Shown: positions 12,403-22,228 of the stretch, one piece after another
How positions within the stretch are numbered: the first letter of the stretch is position 1
How the letters are laid out: the number at the start of each line of letters is the position of its first letter
Assembly: GCA_030390025.1 (NCBI GenBank)
Contig: CM059432.1
Location: 17,052,001 to 17,116,000, forward strand
Source: Squalus acanthias
Taxonomy: Eukaryota
Direction of reading: 5' to 3'
DNA length: 64,000 nt
Made by a program: the position numbers and the translations under genes
The notes under the pieces: model-generated
Database searches by the model: none
Told to the model about the DNA's origin: nothing
Seen by the model: only the letters and a program-made list of their open reading frames with translations

Positions 12403-14469
12403 CTAACGGGAGGAGGGAGCGCGGCCGCTAGTCGACCGCCACTCCCTTCCAAGCCAAGCGAGGAAATTCTGGATCCGACGCCGCTCGGCCAGGCCCACGC
12501 CCCCGTCCGCGCCCATGGTTTTGACTGCGGCGCGGACGGAGCAAACGAGCAGCGCCAGATCCGACCATTTATCCTGGCGACCCTGGCCCATGGCCACAAA
12601 GTCCCGGAGTTCCACAACGGGGATGAGGGGGGACCCGGAGGAGGGCACGAGGGCATCCGCCGCCTCACTGGCGACGGATTCCATATCATCCTCAGTGTCC
12701 TCCGCCGGGTCCCCGTCCTCCTCCGGGGGGTCGCCATCGGCCAGCCCTACCTCTGCCCCGATCCCACCCCCAGGATCGGCAGCAGAGGAGTCCTCCCTGG
12801 GCTCCTCCAGAGGCGCCGGGTCAGGAAGCGGCGGCGGCTCGGGGCCCCCCTCCGCCCCCGGCACCGGGGTGCACAGGGAAACCGGGGAGCACATTAGTGC
12901 CAGTTCCCTCAACAACCCCGGCGCCAGCGTCGCAGACGGAGTCAGGGGGCCTTCCCCTTCACCGCCACCATCCTCCGACCCAGCGGACCAGGTACCCTGG
13001 TTATATTGCTCAACCAGGTCGAGCAGTGCCTGGGAGTGGTCCTGACCGTACACGGCGGGCTCTGCCTCATCGGCCTCGCCCGCCCCGGTCCCCAGGATGC
13101 CCGACCTGGCGAGAAACAACGGATCAGCGTAACTCCCCACCGCGGGTAGTTCCGCGGCCCCCCCCATGAGCAGGGCCTCTCCCCCATCCCCGGGAGGCAC
13201 AGGCTGGACAGACTCATCTGTCATGCCCTCCCGGGGGACAGGCGGCCCCTGCCGGATCTCGGTGATGGTGTCGGTGGGGGGGGGCGCAGCACCCGCGGCG
13301 GGCAACGACTCCCCTTGCGAGGGGGGACCCCGTTCCTCACGGTCCTCCCCCTCATCCAGGATGTCGCGCCTCCTTTTCGAAGAGGAGGGACACGAAGGTT
13401 GGGAGACCTCCATGCATACCGAGGCCTCCACCTCCGCTCCCCCCTGTCGATCGGTCTGCTCGGGGGTCCCGGGCCCGGTCACGGCCGCAGGTCTCGATTT
13501 TGCCGCCTTGGCGGATGCGGCCGCAGGCCCGGGCACAAGGTCCCTCGCATTCTCGAACTCCGCCGCCACCCGCGCAAGGTGTAGGGGCGTAAGCTCGGGT
13601 AAGTCATCATATATGTGAAGGGGACCCGCCTGAAGGTGTTTGCTTTTCCTCCGCGCCTTCCTTCCAGTCGGACGCTCCCCCTCCCCTTCGCCGGACGCCG
13701 CGACGGCGTTGACCTCCGGCGTCGACCGCGCATCGGGTGTCGCAGACGTGCGGACAGAAACAGGGGGAGGAGCGGCGGCGGCGCCAGCCTTGGCCGCCTC
13801 AGATGCTTTGGCGGCCTTGGAGGCGGGGCAGTTCTTTCTTATGTGCCCCACCTCCTTACAGGCATGGCACCGCACACCGTCCGACGTCCAGAAGACGCGG
13901 TAGGCGGTCCCCTCGTGTGTTATGCTAAATGCGCCTTCCGTGTCTTCCTCCCGCGCCAGCTTGATAAACAGCTGGCGCCGGAAGGAGAAGACGTGCCGGA
14001 GGCTGGCCTCCCTGCAGCCGAGCGGGATCGGATTAATCCCCGACCTCACCTCCCCCAGTTGACGTAGGTGGGGGAGGAGGAGCTCAACCGGAACAAATGG
14101 CGGGACATTCGATAGTATGAGTCGCTGCTCGGTGGCCTCGAGCGGATCCACCGGCAGGAAGGTCCCGCCCACGGTGAGCCCCTCGGTGACGGCCAGGGAC
14201 ACCGCCCGCTCCGACCGCAGGAAGAACACAGCCTTACCGTACATTTTAGAGGCCGCAACGATGGCTGAGGGGCCGACTACCCCAGCCATGGCTTTGACGC
14301 AAGCCTCTATGGTCATGTTGGGGTGAGTGTAGCTCTTCACCCCCAGCTTTTTTGTCAATAGCCTGAAAGGCGACGGGGCAGCAGAAGCAGCGGGACCAGC
14401 TGTGGCCGTGGCTGCCACACCCGCGTACGACCTTGCTTGCCCCGCCGCCGGCGAAGATGTGCTCGCCAT
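12403..14469 (-). CDS. Inner Tx1 ORF1 (gag-like, zinc knuckle), 688 aa from MASTSS
   Basis: Open frame; IVAASKMYGKAVFFL, LSNVPPF, CHACKEVGHIRKNC (CX2CX4HX4C), long Pro/Ala/Glu-rich tail. Confidence 0.88.
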   Translation of the reverse strand: MASTSSPAAGQARSYAGVAATATAGPAASAAPSPFRLLTKKLGVKSYTHPNMTIEACVKAMAGVVGPSAIVAASKMYGKAVFFLRSERAVSLAVTEGLTVGGTFLPVDPLEATEQRLILSNVPPFVPVELLLPHLRQLGEVRSGINPIPLGCREASLRHVFSFRRQLFIKLAREEDTEGAFSITHEGTAYRVFWTSDGVRCHACKEVGHIRKNCPASKAAKASEAAKAGAAAAPPPVSVRTSATPDARSTPEVNAVAASGEGEGERPTGRKARRKSKHLQAGPLHIYDDLPELTPLHLARVAAEFENARDLVPGPAAASAKAAKSRPAAVTGPGTPEQTDRQGGAEVEASVCMEVSQPSCPSSSKRRRDILDEGEDREERGPPSQGESLPAAGAAPPPTDTITEIRQGPPVPREGMTDESVQPVPPGDGGEALLMGGAAELPAVGSYADPLFLARSGILGTGAGEADEAEPAVYGQDHSQALLDLVEQYNQGTWSAGSEDGGGEGEGPLTPSATLAPGLLRELALMCSPVSLCTPVPGAEGGPEPPPLPDPAPLEEPREDSSAADPGGGIGAEVGLADGDPPEEDGDPAEDTEDDMESVASEAADALVPSSGSPLIPVVELRDFVAMGQGRQDKWSDLALLVCSVRAAVKTMGADGGVGLAERRRIQNFLAWLGREWRSTSGRAPSSR

Positions 14470-16088
14470 ACTGAGGTGGTATAAAGGGCTACACCCACCC
14501 CAAGTCACAGGCCGGGTGATGTTTAAGTGGCCTTGGGTTTTTTTTTGTCTTTTCCCCCCGAGCAGAGGGGGTTGTTTTGAGAAAAAGAAGGCACACCTCT
14601 CCCTTTTATGATTGGAATTGGGAGTGGCCTTCTCCCCTCTGCTCAATTGGGTAATAAATAAGGTTTGAGGTGCCTCATTAGAGAGAGGCAGAGAGAGAGA
14701 GAGAGAGAGGGGGTGGGAAGGAGGAAAGGGGGAAGGCCGCACGGGCCTATTCGCCACTCAGGATAGTGGGTGGGTGGGTGCCTCCTGGGGGGGGGGGGCA
14801 CTCTTCGATGATAAATAAAGTCTTTGTTGATGTTCTTCTGGTGGGGGGAGAAGATGTCTTCACCTGGGAAAAAATAAAGCTGGAGATGCCCAGGCTCAGT
14901 CTACAACCAGGTCTTAACAATGTTCTAAAATGTGAAGCAATCGGCAAGGGGTGCTTGTTGATGGTGTGTGTGGCCAAGTTGTTAGCAAGAGCCACACACA
15001 CTCACACACACCCCTTGCTATCCCGGTCTTCTCCTTCTTCTTTCCTCCCCCCACCTCAAATACAAAGTCTTTTGGAGAGTGCCCTTTTTAACACCCACCT
15101 CTCGATGTTGTTTTCCTTCTCGAAGGCTCGCTCTCCCTCCTTCCAAGCAGATGTTGGTCTTGTTCTCCCCTCTCTCCCTCTCTCGTAATGGAGACCAGTT
15201 GGGGAGGCAGTGATGGAAAGGCTTCCCTCTGTTGCTGTTGCTGGTCTCCTCTCTCTCCTCTCCTCTCCTCTCTCACCTCAGCAGCAGTCGTGGTTGTAGC
15301 TGTAGCTGCAGGCGTGGTGGAGGTGGAAAAGGTCTCCACTCTGTCCTTCGTGGCTCCTTCTCCTTCTAGGCACAGAGAAAAGAGACCTCTCCTTTCCCCT
15401 CCTCTTCTCAGCAAACGGCGCTCACCCGTTCACGCAGCACCGTGTTGAGCTGAGTCCCTCGCAGCCTCAGCCTCTGCCTCCGTCTGTCCTCGCCTGGGAC
15501 CGCACTCGGGGTGTGTGTGTGTGTGGCTTCTGTAAAAGCTAGGCCGCACACACCATATTAAACACCCCTTTCCCATTGCCTGACCTGGGACAGCTGGAGC
15601 TGCCGAGGTGAAGTCCCCAATTAATTTAATCTTATTGGGCATCGTTAAGACCTGGTGCAGGACTGAGCCTGGGCATCTCCAGCTATCCCAGGTGAAGACA
15701 TCTTCTCCCCCCACCAGAAGACCACCACCAAAGACTTTTATTACATCGGAGAGTGCACCCCCCTGCCAACACCCACCCACCCACCATCCTGAGTGGCGAC
15801 CCTGCCCTTGCGGCTTCCCTCCTTCCCACCCCCCCCTCTCTCTCTCTCTTTGTCTCTTGTCTCTCTCTGCCTCTCTCTCTAAGAGGCACCTCAATCTATT
15901 TTAATTAAGTACCTATTGAGCAGAGGGGAGAAGGCCCCTCTCCCAATTAATTCATATAAAGGGAGAGGTGTGCCTTCAATTTAAGAGCTCCCTCTGCTCA
16001 GGGGAAAACAAAAACAAAAAAACCGAGGCCATTAACACCTTCAGGCCTGTGACTTGGGGTGAGTGTAGCCCTTAAGGACCAACCCATC

Positions 16089-18236
16089 ATGGCGACCACA
16101 TCTTCGCCGGTGGCGGGGGCAGCGAGGACATACGCAAGCGTGGCAGCCGCGGCCACGGCCGCAGCCACGAGTCCTCCTGTTAACCCGTCACCTTTTACCC
16201 TCCTTACGAGGAAGAATGGGGTCAAGAGCTACACTCAGCCCAATATGACAATAGAGGCGTGCGTAAAAGCCATGGCTGGGGTTGTCGGCCCTTCAGCCAT
16301 CGTCGCCGCCTCTAAAATGTACGGCAAGGCTGTGTTCTTCCTGGGGTCGGAGCGGGCGGTGTCCCTGGCCATCGAGAAGGGGCTCACCGTGGGTGGGACC
16401 TTCCTGCCGGTGGACCCCCTTGAGGCCACCGCGCAAAGGATTGTGGTTTCCAACGTCCCGCCCTTTGTTCCAGGTGAGCTCCTCCTCCCCCACCTACGTC
16501 AACTGGAGGAGGTGAGGTCGGGGATCACACCCATCCCGCTCGACTTCCGGGAAGCCAGCCTTCGGCACGTCTTCTCCTTCCGGCGCCAGCTTTTCGTCCG
16601 GCTGGCGCGGGAGGAGGACGCGGACGGCGCGTTCACGGTGCTCCACGGGGGGACCGCCCACCGCGTCTTCTGGACCTCGGACGGCGTGCGGTGCTACGCC
16701 TGTAAGGAGGTGGGGCACGTCCGCAAAAACTGCCCCGCCTCCAAGGCCGCCACGACACCTGGCGCGGCCAGGGCTGGCGCCGCCGCCCCCCCTCCCCCTG
16801 ATACTGTCCGCGCGTCGACGGCGACGGATGCGCGGTCGAAATCGGAGGCCAACACCATCACGGCCTCCGGCGGGGGGGAGGGAGAGCGTCCGGGGGGAAG
16901 GAAGGCGCGTAGGAAAAATAAACACCTAAGGGCGGATCCCCTCGTGGAGGAAACATCCGAGTTGACCGAACTCACGCCCGAGTACATCGCGGAGTTGATC
17001 GGGACGCATGAGACTGGGGGGGTCCTCGTGCCCGGGCCCGTGACCGTGACCGCAACTGCCAAGGCAGCTGAATCAAGACCTGCGGCCGGGCTCGGGCCCG
17101 AGGGGCCCAAGAAACCCAGTCGTCGGAAGGGGGCAGAGAGGGAGGCCCCAGCAGACATGGAGGCCTCCCCCTCTCCGGGCCCCAACATGTTAAAAAGAAA
17201 GCTCCGCCCCCAGGAGGAGGAGGACTGCGAGGAGGAAGGTCCCTCCGCAGAAGGGGAGTCGTCACCCGCCGCGGGTGCTGCGCCCCACCCCACCACCGTC
17301 ATCGTCGCGCGCGAGCGGCGGGGGTCGCCTGTCCCTCGGGAGGGTGAGACAGCCGAGTCTGTCCGACCTGTGCCTCCCGGGGATGGGGAAGAGACCCTGC
17401 CCGTGGGGGGGGGTGCGGAACAACCCGCGGAGGGAAATGTAGTTCCGGAACCGTTGCTCCTCGCCGGGTCGGGCGTCCTGGGGACTGGGGCGGGCGAGGC
17501 CAAAGAGGCTGAAGCCGAGCCCGCCTTTTACAATCCAGATATCTCCCAGGGACTGCTCGACCTGGTGGAGGAGTATAACAATCCCCAGTCCGCTGGGTCG
17601 GAGGTTGGTGGCGGGGAGACAGAAAGCCCCCTGACTCCGTCTCTGATGTTGGCGCCGGACGTACTGGAGGAATTTGAGATTATTTTCTCCCCGGTCGCTC
17701 CGGCACCTGAGGCGGGGGGGGGCCCCGAACCGCCGCCGCCTCCCGGCCCGGCGCCCCTGAAGGAGCCCAGGGTGGACTCCTCTGCCACCGATCCTGGGGG
17801 TGGGATCGTGACGGAAGTGGGGCCGGCCGGTGCGGCCGAGCCGTTCGCTGCACCCCGTGCGACGGACGGGTCGGCCGCCGGTGACGACCTCCCGGAGGAG
17901 GACGGGGACTCGGTGGTGGGCATCGAGGACGATTTGGAGTCCATCGGCAGCGAGGTGATGGACGCCCTCGTGCCCTTCACCGACTCTCCCCTCATCCCCG
18001 TAGGGGAACTCCGGGATTTTATGGCCATGAGCCAGGGTCGTCACAAGAAGATCCGGCTGGCCCTCGACAAGTGGTCGGAGCTGGCGCTGCTCGTCGTGTC
18101 CGTCCGCGCCGCCGTTAAAATCATGGGCGCGGACAAGGACGTTGGCCGGCTCGAGCTGCATCGGCTCAAGAGTTTCCACACTGGGCTGCTGAGGGAGTGG
18201 CGGTCGTCAGTGACCGCGCTCCCTCCCCTCCGTTAG
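16089..18236 (+). CDS. Outer Tx1 ORF1 (gag-like, zinc knuckle), 715 aa from MATTSS
   Basis: Uninterrupted frame; VSNVPPF, CYACKEVGHVRKNC; homologous to the inner ORF1. Confidence 0.9.
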   Translation: MATTSSPVAGAARTYASVAAAATAAATSPPVNPSPFTLLTRKNGVKSYTQPNMTIEACVKAMAGVVGPSAIVAASKMYGKAVFFLGSERAVSLAIEKGLTVGGTFLPVDPLEATAQRIVVSNVPPFVPGELLLPHLRQLEEVRSGITPIPLDFREASLRHVFSFRRQLFVRLAREEDADGAFTVLHGGTAHRVFWTSDGVRCYACKEVGHVRKNCPASKAATTPGAARAGAAAPPPPDTVRASTATDARSKSEANTITASGGGEGERPGGRKARRKNKHLRADPLVEETSELTELTPEYIAELIGTHETGGVLVPGPVTVTATAKAAESRPAAGLGPEGPKKPSRRKGAEREAPADMEASPSPGPNMLKRKLRPQEEEDCEEEGPSAEGESSPAAGAAPHPTTVIVARERRGSPVPREGETAESVRPVPPGDGEETLPVGGGAEQPAEGNVVPEPLLLAGSGVLGTGAGEAKEAEAEPAFYNPDISQGLLDLVEEYNNPQSAGSEVGGGETESPLTPSLMLAPDVLEEFEIIFSPVAPAPEAGGGPEPPPPPGPAPLKEPRVDSSATDPGGGIVTEVGPAGAAEPFAAPRATDGSAAGDDLPEEDGDSVVGIEDDLESIGSEVMDALVPFTDSPLIPVGELRDFMAMSQGRHKKIRLALDKWSELALLVVSVRAAVKIMGADKDVGRLELHRLKSFHTGLLREWRSSVTALPPLR

Positions 18237-18261
18237 GTAGAGGTTGCACTATGCTTCTGAG

Positions 18262-21200
18262 ATGAAGATAACCATAGCCAGCCTCAACATCAACGGCAGC
18301 AGGGAGGCGCGCCGTAGATTCAATAACTTCTCGGTCCTTCGGGACGGGAAATATGCGGTGTGCTTCCTGCAAGAAACCCACACCGTTCCGGGAGACGAGG
18401 CCACGTGGCTCCTGGAGTGGCAAGGAGGGGTCAGCATGAGTCACCTCTCTAACAATTCCTGCGGGGTGGCTGTCTTGCTGGCCCCGCATTTTCAGCCGGA
18501 GATCTTGAGGGTCAAGGAGCACGTGCCGGGCCGCTTGCTCCAGGTCACTGTTCGCCTGGGAGGCGTGCCGCTCCATTTAGTGAACGTGTACGCCCCCCGG
18601 ACCGGTGCGCAGCAAGTGCGCTTCTTCGGAGAAGTGTCTGCTCTTCTGGGCTCCATCGACGTGGGCGAGTGCGTCATCCTCGGGGGGGATTTCAATTGTA
18701 CCCTCGAGGCGCGGGACCGGTCGGGTCCCCCGCGAAGCCCGGCGGCGATGGAGAAGTTGCGGGACCTGGTCGGGTCCTTCGACTTGGTGGACGTCTGGCG
18801 AAATCTCCATCCCGACTCCAGCGCCTTCACGAGCGTGAGGTCTGGAGGAGGAAGGTCCAGAATCGACCGCCTTTACATTTCCCGGGCGTACGTCTCCTGC
18901 GTTCCGGCAGCTTCCATGCGGCCGGTGCCGTGCACGGACCACCACCTGGTGTGGGCGGAGCTCGCTCCGCTGCGCGCGCGGGGGGGGTCCGCGTACTGGC
19001 ATTTTAACAACCTGCTGCTGGAGGACGCGCGGTTCCGGGATTCGTTTCGCCGGTTCTGGGCCGACTGGAGAAGGAAGCGGGGAGGCTTCCCCTCCTTGAG
19101 GCTATGGTGGGACGTGGGCAAGGCTCACGTCCGCGTCTTCTGTCAGGAGTACGCGAAGGGGTCGACCAAGAGGCGGGAGGCCCGGGTCGGGCGATTGGAG
19201 AAAGAAGTGCTCGACCTGGAGTCCCGTCTCGGTCAGGTCGTCGAGGACCCGGCCCTGCGGAAGGTGTACGAAGAGAAGAAGGGCGCGCTGAAGGACCTGC
19301 AGCTGGTCGGGTCCCGAGGCGCGTACGTGAGGTCGCGGATCCAGTTCCTGCGGGACCTGGACTGCGGCTCCCCCTTCTTCTACTCGCTGGAAAAAAGACG
19401 GGGGGTCCGTAAGCAGCTCTTGGGGCTGCTGGCCGACGACGGATCTCTGGTCTCGGATCCGGAGGGCATCAGCGCGGAGGCCCGGGCCTATTACGGGGCT
19501 CTGTTCTCTTCGGATCCGTCCAGCGAGGATGCGCGCAGAGTTTTGTGGGAGGACCTGCCGAAGGTCGGCCCGGAGGGCGCCGAGAATTTAGAAGCTCCGC
19601 TAAGCCTGGCGGAGCTGACCGGCGCCCTGCGCCAGCTCTCGAGGGGCAAATCCCCGGGGCTGGACGGGCTGACCGTGGAGTTCCACAGGGCGTTCTGGGA
19701 CGTCTTGGGGGACGACTACGCGCGGGTCCTGGGGGAAAGTCTGGCGACCGGGGAGATGCCCCTCTCTTGGCGCAGGGCGGTCATCGTCCTGCTGCCCAAG
19801 AAGGGCGATCTCCGCCTACTTAAGAACTGGCGCCCGGTCTCCCTCCTCAGCACGGACTACAAAATTTTCGCCAGGGCTATGTCTGCTCGCCTTGGCACCG
19901 TGCTGGCCCGCATGATCCACCCCGACCAGTCCTACACGGTCCCGGGCCGGAGTATCCACGATAACATCCATCTGGTCCGGGATCTGGTCCACCATTCCCA
20001 GAGGGCTGGTCTGTCGGTCGCCTTCCTTTCCCTGGATCAGGAGAAGGCGTTCGACAGGGTGGATCACGAGTATCTTTTCGGGACTCTGCGCGCATTCGGG
20101 TTCGGGACGCATTTCGTCGCCCGGATCCGACTTCTGTACGCCGCCGCGGAGTGTCTGATTAAAGTTAACGGGTCTTTGACGGCGCCCCTTCGCTTCGGGA
20201 GGGGGGTGCGTCAGGGATGCCCCATGTCCGGTCAGTTATACGCCGTTTGCGTGGAGCCTTTCCTGCGCCTCTTGCGGAAGAGGTTGACGGGACTGGCTCT
20301 GCAAGGGCCGGGCGTGGAGGTGGTCCTCTCGGCTTACGCCGATGACGTGCTCCTCGCGGTCACGGATCCCGTCGACTTGCGGAGGATGCGAGAATGCCAG
20401 CAGATTTACTCGGACGCATCCTCCGCCAAGATCAACTGGGAGAAATGTTCTGGACTCCTGGTGGGCCCATGGCGGGTGGACTCCCTGCCGGAGGAGTTCG
20501 GGCCTTTCGCCTGGAGCACCACGCACCTCCTCTACCTGGGAGTCTACCTCAGCCCGGCCGAGGACGCCTGGCCGGCGAACTGGCAAGAGCTGGAGGCCAA
20601 AGTCACCGCTCGCCTAGGGCGCTGGACAGGACTGCTCCGAGTGCTGTCCTACAGGGGTCGAGCGCTGGTCATAAACCAGCTGGTGGCCGCCATGTTGTGG
20701 TACCGGTTGGTCACTTTGATCCCTCCCCCCGCGTTTGTCGCCAAGATGCAGAAGAAGCTCGTCGACTTCTTCTGGGACAAAAGGAAGCACTGGGTCTCTG
20801 CCGCGGTTTTGAGTCTCCCGCTTAGGGAGGGCGGTCAGGCGCTGGTGTGCCTTCGCACCCAGGCGGCGACTTTCCGTCTTCAGACGCTGCAGAGATACCT
20901 GTACGTGGAGAATCCTCCTAGGTGGCGTGCGCTGGCGACGTATTTCTTCCGCCAGCTGCACGGCCTCAATTACGACACGCAGCTCCTGTTTGTGAGAGTG
21001 GGTGGCACGCGTGCCAGCCTGCGGGAGCTGCCTGTCTTCTACCAGGAACTGCTATGGGTTTGGAACAGCGTCGCCTCCGAGCGCAGTTCTCCCCCGTCAG
21101 GAGCGGCGGCCGTCCTTCGGGAGCCGCTGTTCAGGAATCCGCACCTCCACGACCGCGGGTTCGGCTGGCTGGCGGAGGGCAGGGCTGTGCCCGGTAAGGT

Positions 21201-22161
21201 GACCAGAGTTGGGGACCTGCTCGATGGCGGAGGAGCGGGCTGGATGGCGCCGGAGGAGTTGGCGAGGCGCATGTCTTGGGTCAACGTCCGGCTCGCGGTC
21301 AAAGCCATCGAGTCGCTAAAAGTGGCACTGGGCCCCGTCTCCACTAGGTGTGTCGAGGAGGCTCAAGCACGTGGGGCGATCCCGTCCGAACTGACCCCCG
21401 TTCGGACGGAATTCCTTATCGGCGCCCGGCCCCGAATCCTCCCTCGGGAGCCGCCGCCTCACCACTTGAGCCTTCTCGGAGAAATGCCCTCCGTGCCCTT
21501 TCAATCCGCACGGAGGCGTTTCCTGTACGGGCTGCTCCTGCACACTCTCCACTTTGCCATCTTCGTCTGCCGTCCGGACACGCCTTGGCGTACCATCCTG
21601 CCGTCCGGCGGAGGCGAAGGTCCCCATTGGAAGGCTCTCTACGCGGGAGTCTTCCCTTGTTCTATTGGGGACTTGGCCTGGAGGGTGTTGCACGGAGCAG
21701 TCCCGTGCAATAGGATCTTAAGTAGGTTTACGGACTCCCAGGCTGCTTGCCATTTCTGCGGCCTGGAGGAGTCCGTCTATCACATTTATATTGAGTGTGA
21801 GAGGTTGCAGCCCCTCTTTCATTATTTGAAGGGGCTGCTCCTCAATTTCTGGTTGCACTTCAGCCCCACGCTCCTGATCTACGGTCACCCGGTGCGGAGG
21901 GGAGCGGGTAGGTCGGAGGACCTCCTCGTAGGACTGCTCCTGGGCCTGGCCAAGAAAGCCATTAATTGGTCCAGGCAGCGGGCGGTCGAGGGGGTCGTTC
22001 GGCCCGATTGCCTGCCTCTCTTCCGCGGCCATGTTCGCGCCCGGGTGGCCCTGGAGATGGAGCACGCGGTGTCCGCCGGCACGCTTGAGTTTTTCCGCGA
22101 CCGGTGGGCGCCGCGGGGGCTGGAGTGCATCGTCACCCCGGACTTCCAAATTTTGATTTGA
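18262..22161 (+). CDS. Outer Tx1 ORF2: APE endonuclease, reverse transcriptase and C-terminal Cys/His motif, 1299 aa, intact
   Basis: SLNING, FLQETH, GGDFN, RIDR, TDH (EN); KSPGLDG, WRPVSLLSTDYK, LDQEKAFD, GVRQGCPMS, YADD (RT); CHFC-X7-H-X4-C. Confidence 0.95.
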   Translation: MKITIASLNINGSREARRRFNNFSVLRDGKYAVCFLQETHTVPGDEATWLLEWQGGVSMSHLSNNSCGVAVLLAPHFQPEILRVKEHVPGRLLQVTVRLGGVPLHLVNVYAPRTGAQQVRFFGEVSALLGSIDVGECVILGGDFNCTLEARDRSGPPRSPAAMEKLRDLVGSFDLVDVWRNLHPDSSAFTSVRSGGGRSRIDRLYISRAYVSCVPAASMRPVPCTDHHLVWAELAPLRARGGSAYWHFNNLLLEDARFRDSFRRFWADWRRKRGGFPSLRLWWDVGKAHVRVFCQEYAKGSTKRREARVGRLEKEVLDLESRLGQVVEDPALRKVYEEKKGALKDLQLVGSRGAYVRSRIQFLRDLDCGSPFFYSLEKRRGVRKQLLGLLADDGSLVSDPEGISAEARAYYGALFSSDPSSEDARRVLWEDLPKVGPEGAENLEAPLSLAELTGALRQLSRGKSPGLDGLTVEFHRAFWDVLGDDYARVLGESLATGEMPLSWRRAVIVLLPKKGDLRLLKNWRPVSLLSTDYKIFARAMSARLGTVLARMIHPDQSYTVPGRSIHDNIHLVRDLVHHSQRAGLSVAFLSLDQEKAFDRVDHEYLFGTLRAFGFGTHFVARIRLLYAAAECLIKVNGSLTAPLRFGRGVRQGCPMSGQLYAVCVEPFLRLLRKRLTGLALQGPGVEVVLSAYADDVLLAVTDPVDLRRMRECQQIYSDASSAKINWEKCSGLLVGPWRVDSLPEEFGPFAWSTTHLLYLGVYLSPAEDAWPANWQELEAKVTARLGRWTGLLRVLSYRGRALVINQLVAAMLWYRLVTLIPPPAFVAKMQKKLVDFFWDKRKHWVSAAVLSLPLREGGQALVCLRTQAATFRLQTLQRYLYVENPPRWRALATYFFRQLHGLNYDTQLLFVRVGGTRASLRELPVFYQELLWVWNSVASERSSPPSGAAAVLREPLFRNPHLHDRGFGWLAEGRAVPGKVTRVGDLLDGGGAGWMAPEELARRMSWVNVRLAVKAIESLKVALGPVSTRCVEEAQARGAIPSELTPVRTEFLIGARPRILPREPPPHHLSLLGEMPSVPFQSARRRFLYGLLLHTLHFAIFVCRPDTPWRTILPSGGGEGPHWKALYAGVFPCSIGDLAWRVLHGAVPCNRILSRFTDSQAACHFCGLEESVYHIYIECERLQPLFHYLKGLLLNFWLHFSPTLLIYGHPVRRGAGRSEDLLVGLLLGLAKKAINWSRQRAVEGVVRPDCLPLFRGHVRARVALEMEHAVSAGTLEFFRDRWAPRGLECIVTPDFQILI

Positions 22162-22228
22162 TTTATTAAGTTTCATTTAAAGTTTTAATTGATTTACAGT
22201 AAATTTTGATTTGTCCAACCAAAAAGAG

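Larger units (their letters stand above)
7925..15507 (-). mobile_element. Inner Tx1-clade retrotransposon, full length, antisense within the outer copy's 5'UTR
   Basis: GGGGTG duplicated at 7919-7924 and 15508-15513. Has its own 5'UTR, ORF1, ORF2 and a ~550-bp 3'UTR ending AATAAAAGATT. Confidence 0.9.
7532..22228 (+). mobile_element. Outer Tx1-clade (L1 group) non-LTR retrotransposon; 5'UTR split into 7532-7924 and 15508 onward by a nested antisense Tx1
   Basis: Flanked by a perfect 58-bp direct repeat (7474-7531 / 22229-22286). 7532-7924 is homologous to the reverse complement of ~15010-15410 (inner copy 5'UTR). ORF1 and ORF2 are intact. Confidence 0.9.

Noticed and set aside
12403..14757. 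784-aa version of inner ORF1 and other non-ATG N-terminal extensions in the ORF track
   Set aside because: The extensions run through low-complexity 5'UTR and are not conserved between the two copies. The homologous ATGs are at 14469 and 16089.
8473..22161. Possible assembly fold-back artifact or single giant palindrome
   Set aside because: The arms differ by many substitutions and indels and have different 3'UTRs, and each element has its own TSD.
12515..22176. Many overlapping 60-300 aa alternative-frame ORFs
   Set aside because: Expected shadow ORFs of very GC-rich Tx1 coding sequence; no recognisable domains.
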